Below are positions 34,698 through 42,803 of a stretch of DNA of 43,762 nt, one piece after another. The notes under the pieces were generated by a model that worked only from the letters and a program-made list of their open reading frames with translations, did no database searches and was not told the origin of the DNA. The DNA is taken from contig JBKJML010000141.1 in the NCBI GenBank assembly GCA_046596415.1, positions 1 to 43,762 on the forward strand, in the 5' to 3' direction. Positions within the stretch are counted from its first letter, which is position 1; the number at the start of each line of letters is the position of its first letter. The translations under genes were made by a program, and so were the position numbers. The DNA comes from Gaiellaceae bacterium (GTDB taxonomy: Bacteria > Actinomycetota > Thermoleophilia > Gaiellales > Gaiellaceae).

Positions 34698-35840
34698 GTG
34701 ACGACGGTCGACTGGATCGCGGCCGCGGTGATCGCCGTCGCTGCATTGAACGGGCTCCGCAAGGGGCTCCTGTCGGGAGCGCTCTCGCTCGCCGGGATCC
34801 TCGGCGGCGCGTACGTCGGGGCGCGGATTGCGCCGCAACTCCTCTCCGGCACAACCTCGGCGTACACGCCGCTCGTGTCGCTCGCCGGCGCCGTCGTCGC
34901 CGGAGTGTTCCTCCAGAGCGCCGGCTCGCTCATCGGCGGCATGGTCGGCAAAACGCTCTTCGCGATCCCGCCGCTCAAGGCGCTCGACACGATCGGTGGG
35001 CTCGCGCTCGGTGCGGCAATCGGCACGACGCTCGTCTGGGTGCTCGGCGCCGTTGCGCTCCACGTCCCCGGCCAGACCGAGCTCCGCCGCGAGGTGCAGC
35101 AGTCCGTGATCCTCAAGCGGCTGAACGAGCAAGTGCCGCCCGAGCGGATCATGGACGCGCTCGCACGGGTCGACCCGTTCCCGGCGCTGCGCGGCCCAGA
35201 CGCGCCCGTCGAGCCGCCCGACCCGCTCCTCCTGCGCCAGCCCGCCGTCCGGCTCGCAAAGCAGAGCGTCGTCCGCGTTACCGGGAGCGCCTGCGGGCTC
35301 GGGATCGTGGGGAGCGGCTGGATCGCAGCCCCTGGCCTCGTCGTCACCAACGCGCACGTCGTCGCCGGCGTGAAAGGCCCACGCGTCGACCGGGGCGAGG
35401 ACAGCGACCGCCGCAGCGCCACGCTCGTGCTCTTCGACCCCCGCAACGACCTCGCGATCCTGCGCGCCCCAGGCATCGGCGGCCGGGCACTGCCGCTCGT
35501 CGACCCCCGCAGCGGCGTCGCGGTCGCCATCCTCGGCTACCCGGAGAACGGCCCGTTCACCGCCACGCCCGGCCGCGTCGGCCAGACGGCCACCGTCCTC
35601 ACGAACGACGCGTACGGGCGGGGCCCGGTTGGCCGCCGGATCACGACGATCCGCGGTCACGTCCGCCACGGCAACTCCGGCGGCCCCGCCGTCGACGGCG
35701 CCGGCGGCGTGCAGACAACCGTCTTCGCCTCGCGGGTCGGCTCGCGCTCCGGCTACGGCGTCGCCACCGACATCGTGCGCAAGGCGATCGCCAAGGCGCG
35801 TGGCGCGAAGCCTGTTTCGTCGGGCCCCTGCGTGCGTTAG
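34698..35840 (+). CDS. CvpA-domain membrane-anchored S1 (trypsin-like) serine protease, MarP-like
   Basis: Four N-terminal TM helices, then TNAHVVAG (His), NDLAIL (Asp) and GNSGGP (Ser). Confidence 0.85.
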   Translation: MTTVDWIAAAVIAVAALNGLRKGLLSGALSLAGILGGAYVGARIAPQLLSGTTSAYTPLVSLAGAVVAGVFLQSAGSLIGGMVGKTLFAIPPLKALDTIGGLALGAAIGTTLVWVLGAVALHVPGQTELRREVQQSVILKRLNEQVPPERIMDALARVDPFPALRGPDAPVEPPDPLLLRQPAVRLAKQSVVRVTGSACGLGIVGSGWIAAPGLVVTNAHVVAGVKGPRVDRGEDSDRRSATLVLFDPRNDLAILRAPGIGGRALPLVDPRSGVAVAILGYPENGPFTATPGRVGQTATVLTNDAYGRGPVGRRITTIRGHVRHGNSGGPAVDGAGGVQTTVFASRVGSRSGYGVATDIVRKAIAKARGAKPVSSGPCVR

Positions 35841-37645
35841 AACAGGTCGAGGATCCCGAGCGGGGCCCGAAACGGGGCCACCACGTACACGCCGGCCGCC
35901 CGGGAGCGGCACGCCTCGATCAGCCCGCCCGCCAACTCCATCCCGACCTCCGGCGCCGACGCGCCGGCGGCGCGCAGCGTCTCCTGCACCGGATCGGGCA
36001 CGACGATCCCCGGCACCTCGTTGTGGACGCGCACCGCGAGCTGGTGGCTGCGTAACGGCCAGATCCCGACGAGGAGTGGGATCGGCGAGCTGCCACCGAA
36101 GCGGGCGAGGAATGCGTCTAGGTACTCGACGTCGAAGACGATCTGGGTCATCGCGAACTGTGCACCGGCCTCGAGCTTCTGCTCGAAACGATCGAGCTCG
36201 AGCTCCATGTCGTCGGCGGTCGGGTTCACGGCGACGCCGGTGAAGAACGACGTGGGAGCGTCGATCGAGCGGCCGTGATAGTCCTCGCCCCGGTTCAGTG
36301 ACGAGATGAGACGCGTGAGCCCGATCGAGTCCACCTCGTACACCCCGCGCGCACCCGGGTAGTCGCCCTCCTCCGGAGGGTCGCCCGTGACCGCGAGCAC
36401 GTTGCGAACGCCTTCGGCGTGGGCACCGAGGAGCAGCGACTCGAGCCCGGCCACCGCGGTGTCGCGCGGCGTCAGATGCGGGATCGTCTCCATCCCGGTC
36501 GTCCGCTGGATTGCGACCGACGCCATGATCCCGCTCATCCGTGCGCGCGCCCGCGGGTTGTCGTTCACGTCGACGAGGTGCGCCTTGCCCGACTCCTTCA
36601 GGACGCGCGCCGTCTCGATCAGCCCCTCGTTCGAGGCGCCGAGCGGCGGATCGAGCTGCACCGAGACGACGAACTCCTGCTCGCGGAACATACGGGCAAG
36701 CTCCGTCTCCTCCGGCGCGGCGCCTGCGGCTGTGGCGAGCTCGTCCTCACGCACGATGAGCGGCCCGGACGGCGCGCGATCCTCGTCGACCGCAGAGCGG
36801 ATCGCCGCGATCTGGGCCGGGGTCGTGCCGCAGCAGCCGCCGATCAGGCCGGCCCCGAGGCTCCGCGCCTGCGCGGCGAACTCGGCGAAATAGTCCGGCG
36901 TCGCATGCGGGAAGACGAGTCGGGTGCCGGAGAGGCTCGCGAGACCGACGTTCGGCATCGCAGCGAGCACGCGACCCTCGCGCTGCATCGCCGCGAGCGC
37001 CCGCAGGGCTGCGGCAGGGCCGGCGCCGTGGTTCGCACCGATCGCGGCGACGTCGAGCCCGTCCAGCCGCTCGGCGGCCGTGGCGGCAGGGACGCCGCCG
37101 AGTGTGCGCCCGTCGGCGTCGAAGGTCATCAGCGCCACGATCGGCAGGCTCGACACGGTGCGTACGGCTGCGATCGCGGCGACGAGCTCCTCGAGATCGT
37201 AGAACGTCTCCAGCATCACGACGTCGGCCCCGCGCCCCTCCAGGATCTCCGCCTGCTCGGCGTAGAGCCGGTCGTTCTCCTCCGGGTCGAAGCGCTCGTA
37301 CTCGCCGAGCGGGCCGATCGCGGCTGCGATGAAGATGTCGCGGCCCGACACCTCACGCGCCTCACGCGCCAGTCGCACCGCGGTCGAGTTGATCCGCTCG
37401 AACTCGTCCTCCAGGAAGTGCGCGGCGAGCTTGCGCCGGTTCGCGCCGAACGTGTTCGTCTCGATCACGTCCGCGCCAGCCCGGATGAAACTTGAATGGA
37501 GCGCGACGACGCTCTCCGGCGCGCGCAGGTTCGCCTCCTCGGGGCAGCGCAGCCGTGGGACAGCGCCCGCAATCAGCGTCCCCATTCCCCCGTCGGCGAC
37601 AAGCGTGGGGCCGCTTCGCAGGCGCTCGGTGAACCGGTCTGCCAC
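35837..37645 (-). CDS. bifunctional homocysteine S-methyltransferase / methylenetetrahydrofolate reductase (YitJ-like)
   Basis: GTG 37645. N-terminal motifs LVADGGMGT and GGCCGTTP, with a C-terminal MTHFR-like half. The 63 codons upstream in the ORF are Arg/Ser/Pro-rich and look non-coding. Confidence 0.87.
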   Translation of the reverse strand: MADRFTERLRSGPTLVADGGMGTLIAGAVPRLRCPEEANLRAPESVVALHSSFIRAGADVIETNTFGANRRKLAAHFLEDEFERINSTAVRLAREAREVSGRDIFIAAAIGPLGEYERFDPEENDRLYAEQAEILEGRGADVVMLETFYDLEELVAAIAAVRTVSSLPIVALMTFDADGRTLGGVPAATAAERLDGLDVAAIGANHGAGPAAALRALAAMQREGRVLAAMPNVGLASLSGTRLVFPHATPDYFAEFAAQARSLGAGLIGGCCGTTPAQIAAIRSAVDEDRAPSGPLIVREDELATAAGAAPEETELARMFREQEFVVSVQLDPPLGASNEGLIETARVLKESGKAHLVDVNDNPRARARMSGIMASVAIQRTTGMETIPHLTPRDTAVAGLESLLLGAHAEGVRNVLAVTGDPPEEGDYPGARGVYEVDSIGLTRLISSLNRGEDYHGRSIDAPTSFFTGVAVNPTADDMELELDRFEQKLEAGAQFAMTQIVFDVEYLDAFLARFGGSSPIPLLVGIWPLRSHQLAVRVHNEVPGIVVPDPVQETLRAAGASAPEVGMELAGGLIEACRSRAAGVYVVAPFRAPLGILDLF

Positions 37646-37651
37646 GGGCCC

Positions 37652-37657
37652 ACTGTA
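37652..37657 (-). promoter_or_regulatory. -10 box of a leaderless transcript
   Basis: The minus strand reads TACAGT, 6 nt (GGGCCC), then GTG 37645. Confidence 0.35.
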
Positions 37658-37820
37658 GTGAAGCGGCGGCGTCAACCCCGAATGAGTGACGCGTGAACCA
37701 AGAATGGGTGATGGCACCAACCGATTCGTGTCCGATACTCCAACCAGTCCTCGAGCGCACCGGTGTGGCGGGAGCGAACGAGGGCAACTGCGGCAAGACT
37801 GGCTTCTGCGGAGGCCATTG

Positions 37821-37861
37821 GGAGACCGGGCCACGGCGGCGGCCCGGTCTCCTCTCTTTTT
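37821..37861 (+). terminator. canonical intrinsic terminator on the plus strand with no upstream plus-strand gene
   Basis: GGAGACCGGGCC (37821-37832), an 8-nt loop, GGCCCGGTCTCC (37841-37852), then TCTCTTTTT. Confidence 0.5.
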
Positions 37862-37956
37862 GGGCAGCTAAAGATTTCCGCCGCCCGAACCGATAAGGTG
37901 GACGGACTCTCCTTCCGGGGACTGACGGCAAATCATCCTGCGGTTAGGAAGGTCTC

Positions 37957-37984
37957 GAAACGGCGGGCTTTGGCTCGCCGTTTC
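37957..37984 (-). terminator. hairpin downstream of the SDR gene
   Basis: GAAACGGCG (37957-37965) pairs with CGCCGTTTC (37976-37984) across a 10-nt loop, 30 nt past the stop at 38014. Confidence 0.45.
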
Positions 37985-38013
37985 CCGTTCCGAGGGCGAA
38001 CACTGAGGCCGTC

Positions 38014-38790
38014 TCAGTCGTCGTGGACGACGCGGCCTTCCATCCCGCCGGCGACGGTGACCACCTCGCCCGTGATGTGGCCCGAGAGCACATCGGAGGC
38101 GAGCACGACGACCTGGGCGGCGATGTCGTCGGGCGTCGCGACCTTTCGCAGCGCCATCGTCCGCGAGATCCGCCGCACCGCCTCGGGGTCGACATGGCCA
38201 CGCGTCATCGGCGACTCCGTCCAGCCGGGGGCGACCGCGTTCACGCGTGCTCGCGGCGCGATCCGCGTCACCTCATTCTTCAGGCTGAGGAGCAGACCAC
38301 CGGTGACGGCCGACTTGGCGGCCGCGTAATCGGCGTGACCGGCCTCACCGACGATGCCCGCGGTCGAGCCGACGAGAACCAGCGAGCCGTGGCCGTTCCG
38401 CTCCACCTCACGTAGGAAGGCGCGGCTGGTCAGGAAGGCCGAGGTCAGATTCTGCCGGAGCGTCGCCTCCCAGCGCTCGAGCGTGAGCTCCCACACGGGC
38501 ACGTCCTCGGACGGCCAGACGCCCGCGACGGCAGCGCACACGTCGATCTGCCCGAGCGCCTCGCGCGCAGCCGCGAAGGCGCGGTCGACCTCGTGTTCGT
38601 CGGTCAGGTCGCCGCCGACGACCGGCGCGCCGCCGAGCTCGGCCGCCACCTCGCGCGCCCGCTCCTCACCGCGGTGGTAATGGACGGCGACGCGCGCACC
38701 CTCCGCTACGAAGAGCCGCGCGCAGGCAGCGCCGATCCCACCGGAGGCGCCGGTGACGAGGACGCCCTTGCCTGCGAGTCCGGTCTCCAC
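38014..38790 (-). CDS. short-chain dehydrogenase/reductase
   Basis: GTG 38790. Motifs VTGASGGIGAACA and YAAAKSAV. Confidence 0.88.
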   Translation of the reverse strand: METGLAGKGVLVTGASGGIGAACARLFVAEGARVAVHYHRGEERAREVAAELGGAPVVGGDLTDEHEVDRAFAAAREALGQIDVCAAVAGVWPSEDVPVWELTLERWEATLRQNLTSAFLTSRAFLREVERNGHGSLVLVGSTAGIVGEAGHADYAAAKSAVTGGLLLSLKNEVTRIAPRARVNAVAPGWTESPMTRGHVDPEAVRRISRTMALRKVATPDDIAAQVVVLASDVLSGHITGEVVTVAGGMEGRVVHDD

Positions 38791-38797
38791 GATCGCC

Positions 38798-38804
38798 TAG
38801 GCTA
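38798..38804. promoter_or_regulatory. overlapping divergent -10 boxes in a 21-bp intergenic region
   Basis: Plus strand: TAGGCT (38798-38803), 8 nt, then GTG 38812. Minus strand: TAGCCT (38799-38804 as its reverse complement), 8 nt, then GTG 38790. Confidence 0.3.
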
Positions 38805-38811
38805 CAGCCAC

Positions 38812-39621
38812 GTGAAGGTGCACATCATCAGCGATATGGAAGGCGTCTCCGGCATCACCAAGCCGCGGCAGACGCTCGGCGGCGCGCCGCTCTACGACGA
38901 GGGCCGCCGCCTCTACACCGAGGAGATCAACGCGGCCGTGCGCGGCGCCAAGGCGGCCGGTGCAACCGAGATCGTCGTCATGGACTGTCACGGCGCGGGT
39001 GAGGAGTGGATGTTCAACTCGCTCGTCCCCGACCTGCTCGACCCCGCCTGCGAGTGGGTCGTCCAGGACGAGTGGACCGAGTACACCGCTTTCCTCGAGG
39101 AAGGCTGCGACGCGGCGCTCTTCGTCGGCATGCATGCGAGAGCCGGCACGCGCGACGGGCTGATGAACCACACCGTCTCCGGCTCCGAGTATCAGAACCT
39201 CTGGTTCAACGGCACGCTCGTCGGCGAGACCGGGATCAACGCGGCGCTCTGCGGCACCTGGGGCTGCCCCGTCCTCCTCGTCACCGGCGACGAGGCCGCC
39301 TGTCGCGAGGGGCGCGAGCTCCTCGGCGACAACCTCACGACCGTGGCCGTCAAGATCGGTACCGGCGCCCGGAGCGCCCGCAACATCGCGCCGCTGCGGG
39401 CCCGCGAGCTGATCGAGGCCGGCGCGAAGGACGCGCTCGCGAACCTCGCCGCGGTGAAGCCGTACGACCCGGGCAGCCCCTGCGAGGTCCGGGTCGAGTT
39501 CAAGAACACGTTCACGCCTGACAAGCTCCGCTATCGCCAGGGCGTCGAGCGGATCGACGACCGAACGATCACCTCGTCGGCCGCGACGTGGTGGGACGCC
39601 TGGAAGCAGTTCTTCTTCTAG
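38812..39621 (+). CDS. M55-family D-aminopeptidase (DppA-like)
   Basis: N-terminus (M)KVHIISDMEGVSGI and motif VVMDCHGAG, 269 aa. Confidence 0.83.
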   Translation: MKVHIISDMEGVSGITKPRQTLGGAPLYDEGRRLYTEEINAAVRGAKAAGATEIVVMDCHGAGEEWMFNSLVPDLLDPACEWVVQDEWTEYTAFLEEGCDAALFVGMHARAGTRDGLMNHTVSGSEYQNLWFNGTLVGETGINAALCGTWGCPVLLVTGDEAACREGRELLGDNLTTVAVKIGTGARSARNIAPLRARELIEAGAKDALANLAAVKPYDPGSPCEVRVEFKNTFTPDKLRYRQGVERIDDRTITSSAATWWDAWKQFFF

Positions 39622-39627
39622 GAGAGA

Positions 39628-39652
39628 GCCTTGTGGCTCAGAGCCACAAGGC
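39628..39652. terminator. hairpin between convergent genes
   Basis: GCCTTGTGGCT, loop CAG, then AGCCACAAGGC (11-bp perfect stem). Confidence 0.6.
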
Positions 39653-39700
39653 GGGTTGTTCGGCTACAGCGCCGGTTCGGACACGGCTGAGGGACAGTCC

Positions 39701-40489
39701 CTAGAACGTCTCGAGCGAGGCGCGGCGCCGGCCCTCGACCTCGAAGAGCCGGAAGAGGCCGTAGGCGGCCACCGCATAGGCGACACCGATCGCAGCCTCC
39801 GTCCAGACGAGCGACGAGACATCGGTGAGCGTGGCTCCGCCCGCGATCTCGCGCGCTGCCTCGATCCCGTGCGTCATCGGCATCGCCCGGCCGATCGCCG
39901 CCAGCCAGCCGGGCAGGTCGTTGACGTCCACGTTGACGCCGCAGACGAGCAGCATCACGAAGTAGACGAGGTTCGCGGCGAAGAAGACATCGCGGGCGCG
40001 CAGGCCGATCGAGCCGATCAGCATTCCCAGGCAGACACCGGTCACGGTCGTGAGCACCACGACGACGGCGAGCGCCGGCACGGTCGCCGCCGCCGGCGAG
40101 AAGTCGAGGAAGACCCAGCCGGTCGCGAACCCGAAGGCCGAGACGATCAGCCCGTTGACGATGTTCGGCAGCGCCCGGCCGAGGAAGAGCGCGAGGCGGT
40201 TCGCCGGCGTTGCGAGGAGCGGCGAGAGCGTCCCGAACTGCCGCTCGTTCGCGATCCCCATCGTCATCCCGTAGATCCCGGCCATCGCCGAGACCTGGAC
40301 GGCGTTCCCGATCACGTAGAACGAGTCGTCCTGGCTGCCCGCATAGCGGCCGAGGTAGGAGAAGAAAAGGATCTGGAAGAGCGGGCTGCCGAGCATCGTC
40401 GTCACGTACATGCCGGGGCTGATCCAGTTGAAGAGGGCGCGGTAGGAGATGAGCCCGCCGATGAAGAAGACGCGGAAGGCGGCGGTCAC
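39701..40489 (-). CDS. ABC-2 type transporter permease (type-2 paralog, copy b)
   Basis: GTG 40489 overlaps the upstream TGA. The N-terminus FRVFFIGGLISYRALFNW parallels the N-terminus of 41251-42036. Confidence 0.85.
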   Translation of the reverse strand: MTAAFRVFFIGGLISYRALFNWISPGMYVTTMLGSPLFQILFFSYLGRYAGSQDDSFYVIGNAVQVSAMAGIYGMTMGIANERQFGTLSPLLATPANRLALFLGRALPNIVNGLIVSAFGFATGWVFLDFSPAAATVPALAVVVVLTTVTGVCLGMLIGSIGLRARDVFFAANLVYFVMLLVCGVNVDVNDLPGWLAAIGRAMPMTHGIEAAREIAGGATLTDVSSLVWTEAAIGVAYAVAAYGLFRLFEVEGRRRASLETF

Positions 40490-41250
40490 GTCAGCGAGAG
40501 GGTCGCGTGCACGCGGGCGCGTCGCTCGAAGTTCTGCATGAAGATCGAGCCGAGCACGAAGTAGACGGCGCCGAGGCCGATGCACATGCCGATCGACGGC
40601 CACACCGCGCCGCCGAGCGCTGCGTTGCGCACCGCCTCCATGCCCCACGTCGGCGCCAGCCCCCACGAGAGCCACTCGACCCAGCCGGGCAGGAGCGAGA
40701 GCGGGACGAGCAAGCCCGTGGCAAGCCAGACCGGATACTCGAGCAGGTTCGAGAACGCGTTCGCGTTCCGGTAGAGCACGAACGTCGATGCCATCAGGAG
40801 TCCGAGCATTCCCAGGCTGATCACGGTCACCGGCAGCGCAAGTGCGAAGAGCAGCGGATGCTCGAAATGGAGCGGGACGGCGAAAAAGACACGGCCCCAG
40901 AAGAGCGTCGCGACGATCGAGTAGAGGCCGATCGACGCCGTGGCGACGGTGATCGGCAGCAGCACGAAAATGAACCGCACCGGCGCGGCGACGGCCACCT
41001 CGAGCGTGCCCTGCCAGCGCATCCACTGGATCGCGCTGCCGGAGCCGAAGAGCGTCGAGGTCCAGATCCCCATCAGGCCTGCCCCGAGCGCCGCATACAG
41101 CAGCCCGTCGGGACGTTCGCCTGCCCGGAACATGAAGAAGGCGATCGAGGCGAAGATCACCGGCTGCACGATCGCGATCAGCACGAAGAAGAGCGAGTTC
41201 GTCAGGTTCTTCAGATTGAAGAGCCAGCCGATCCAGAGCAGCCGCAGCAC
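40486..41250 (-). CDS. ABC-2 type transporter permease (type-1 paralog, copy b)
   Basis: GTG 41250 abuts the upstream stop. It shares IAFFMFRAG, LEYPVWL, LAPTWG and the C-terminal ATLSLT with 42033-42803. Confidence 0.85.
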   Translation of the reverse strand: MLRLLWIGWLFNLKNLTNSLFFVLIAIVQPVIFASIAFFMFRAGERPDGLLYAALGAGLMGIWTSTLFGSGSAIQWMRWQGTLEVAVAAPVRFIFVLLPITVATASIGLYSIVATLFWGRVFFAVPLHFEHPLLFALALPVTVISLGMLGLLMASTFVLYRNANAFSNLLEYPVWLATGLLVPLSLLPGWVEWLSWGLAPTWGMEAVRNAALGGAVWPSIGMCIGLGAVYFVLGSIFMQNFERRARVHATLSLT

Positions 41251-42036
41251 CTACGCACGCTCCAGTGTCGCGTTGCGGCGTCCGAGGACCTCCATCGCAC
41301 GGATGATCGCGTAGCCGAAGGCGCCATAGACGACACCGATCACCGCTTCGCGCAGGACGAGCCCCCGGACGTCGCCGAGCGCCGCGCCGTCGGCGAGGCG
41401 CCGTGCCGCCTCGATCCCGTGCGTGAACGGGATCCCGCTCGAGATCGTCTGCAGCCAGCCCGGGAGCTGGTCGATTGGCACGTTCGCGCCGGACAGGACG
41501 AGCAGCAGCCCGAAGATGATGTTCGAGAGCACCGAGGTCTCGCGGACGATGAAGCCGAGGCCCGCGTTGACGAGCCCGAGGCCGGTGCAGGAGAACGCGC
41601 TCACCGCCGTCACGAGCGCGATCGGAGCGTAGGCCGAGAGCGGCACCTGGATACCGACGATCGCGCCGCCGACGAACAGCGCGAAGGCGGCGACGAAGAA
41701 CCCGTTCGTCACGACCGGCAGCGCGCGGCCGAGGAAGAGCGGCAGCCGCCGGGCGGGCGTGATCAGGATGTAGCCGAGCGTCTGCTGGTAGCGCTCGCCG
41801 GCGATCGTGTGCGTCATCGCGAACAGGCAGGGGATAGCGGCGTACTGGAGCGCGTTTCCGATCACGTAGAACTCGTCCGACTCGAGCTTCGCCGAACGGC
41901 CGATGTAGACGAAGAGCAGGATCTGGAAGATCGGCGCGACGAGCAGTGACGGGATGAACACCCAGGGGGAGAGCCAGCCGAAGAGCGCCCGGTAGCTCGC
42001 GAGGCCGCCGAAGAAGAAGATCCGCGCCGAGGTCAT
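41251..42036 (-). CDS. ABC-2 type transporter permease (type-2 paralog, copy a)
   Basis: ATG 42036 overlaps the upstream TGA. Motifs RIFFFGGLASYRALFGW and IPFTHGIEAAR. Confidence 0.85.
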   Translation of the reverse strand: MTSARIFFFGGLASYRALFGWLSPWVFIPSLLVAPIFQILLFVYIGRSAKLESDEFYVIGNALQYAAIPCLFAMTHTIAGERYQQTLGYILITPARRLPLFLGRALPVVTNGFFVAAFALFVGGAIVGIQVPLSAYAPIALVTAVSAFSCTGLGLVNAGLGFIVRETSVLSNIIFGLLLVLSGANVPIDQLPGWLQTISSGIPFTHGIEAARRLADGAALGDVRGLVLREAVIGVVYGAFGYAIIRAMEVLGRRNATLERA

Positions 42037-42803
42037 GTGAGCGAGAGCGTCGCCCGTGCCCTGGCCGCCTTCAGAGCCCGGTTCACGAGCACGATCCCGG
42101 CCAGGGTGTAGACGCCTCCGAGCAACGTCGCCATGACGATGTCGTCGAGCGGAGCGCCGCCGAGCGCCGCCTCGCGGATCGCGTTGATCCCCCAGGTCGG
42201 CGCGAGGATCCAGGAGATCGGCCGTACCCAGCCCGGAAAGAGCGACAGCGGCACGAGGAAGCCCGAGACGAGCCAGACCGGGTACTCGAGCATGTTCCCG
42301 AGCGCCCAGGCCTGCCGGAAGCGGACGAACGCGACGGCGAGCAGGAAGCCGAGCGCGCCGATCGAGAGCACGGTCGCCGGCACGGCCAGCACGAACTCGA
42401 CCGGATGGAGGATCTGAAGGTCGATCCCGAAGACGAGCCAGCCCCAGAGGAGCGTCGCCGCCATGCTGTAGACCCCGATCGAGGCCATCGCGATCGTCAC
42501 CGGCAGCAGCACGAGCGCGAAATGGGTCGGCGCCGCGACGAGCAGCTCGAGCGTGCCGTGCCAGCGCTCGCGGGCCATCGCCGCCCCTGCGGAGGTGCTC
42601 GTCGTCGACCAGATCCCCATCACGGCCGCACCGAGCGAGGCGTAGAGGAGCGGCTTCGGGTCATTGCCCGCCCGGAACATGAAGAAGGCGATCGTGGCGA
42701 AGAAGAGTGGGTAGACGACGCCGAGGATGCTGTTGAACGACGATCGGGTCAGCATCTTCATGTGGAGGACCCAGCCGAGGCCGAGCAGACGCAGGGCTCT
42801 CAC
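42033..42803 (-). CDS. ABC-2 type transporter permease (type-1 paralog, copy a)
   Basis: GTG 42803 overlaps the ATPase TGA. Six predicted TM segments. Confidence 0.85.
   Translation of the reverse strand: MRALRLLGLGWVLHMKMLTRSSFNSILGVVYPLFFATIAFFMFRAGNDPKPLLYASLGAAVMGIWSTTSTSAGAAMARERWHGTLELLVAAPTHFALVLLPVTIAMASIGVYSMAATLLWGWLVFGIDLQILHPVEFVLAVPATVLSIGALGFLLAVAFVRFRQAWALGNMLEYPVWLVSGFLVPLSLFPGWVRPISWILAPTWGINAIREAALGGAPLDDIVMATLLGGVYTLAGIVLVNRALKAARARATLSLT

Noticed and set aside
37646-37820. SAM (S-box or SAM-IV) or cobalamin riboswitch upstream of the YitJ-like methionine gene.
   Set aside because: Isolated fragments are present (GGACUGG, GGUGCC, GCCACAC; AUGAGUG and GGCAAC on the opposite strand). 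They are in the wrong order or on the wrong strand for any core I know. A TACAGT-N6-GTG layout also suggests a leaderless mRNA. A cmscan run is needed to be sure.
37693-37896. 67-aa Cys-containing ORF (MNQEWVMAPTDSCPILQ...CGKTGFCGGH...) considered as a possible RiPP precursor or small protein.
   Set aside because: The ORF runs straight through the 12-bp terminator hairpin and its T-tract. There is no SD and no maturation enzyme nearby. The region is more likely non-coding.
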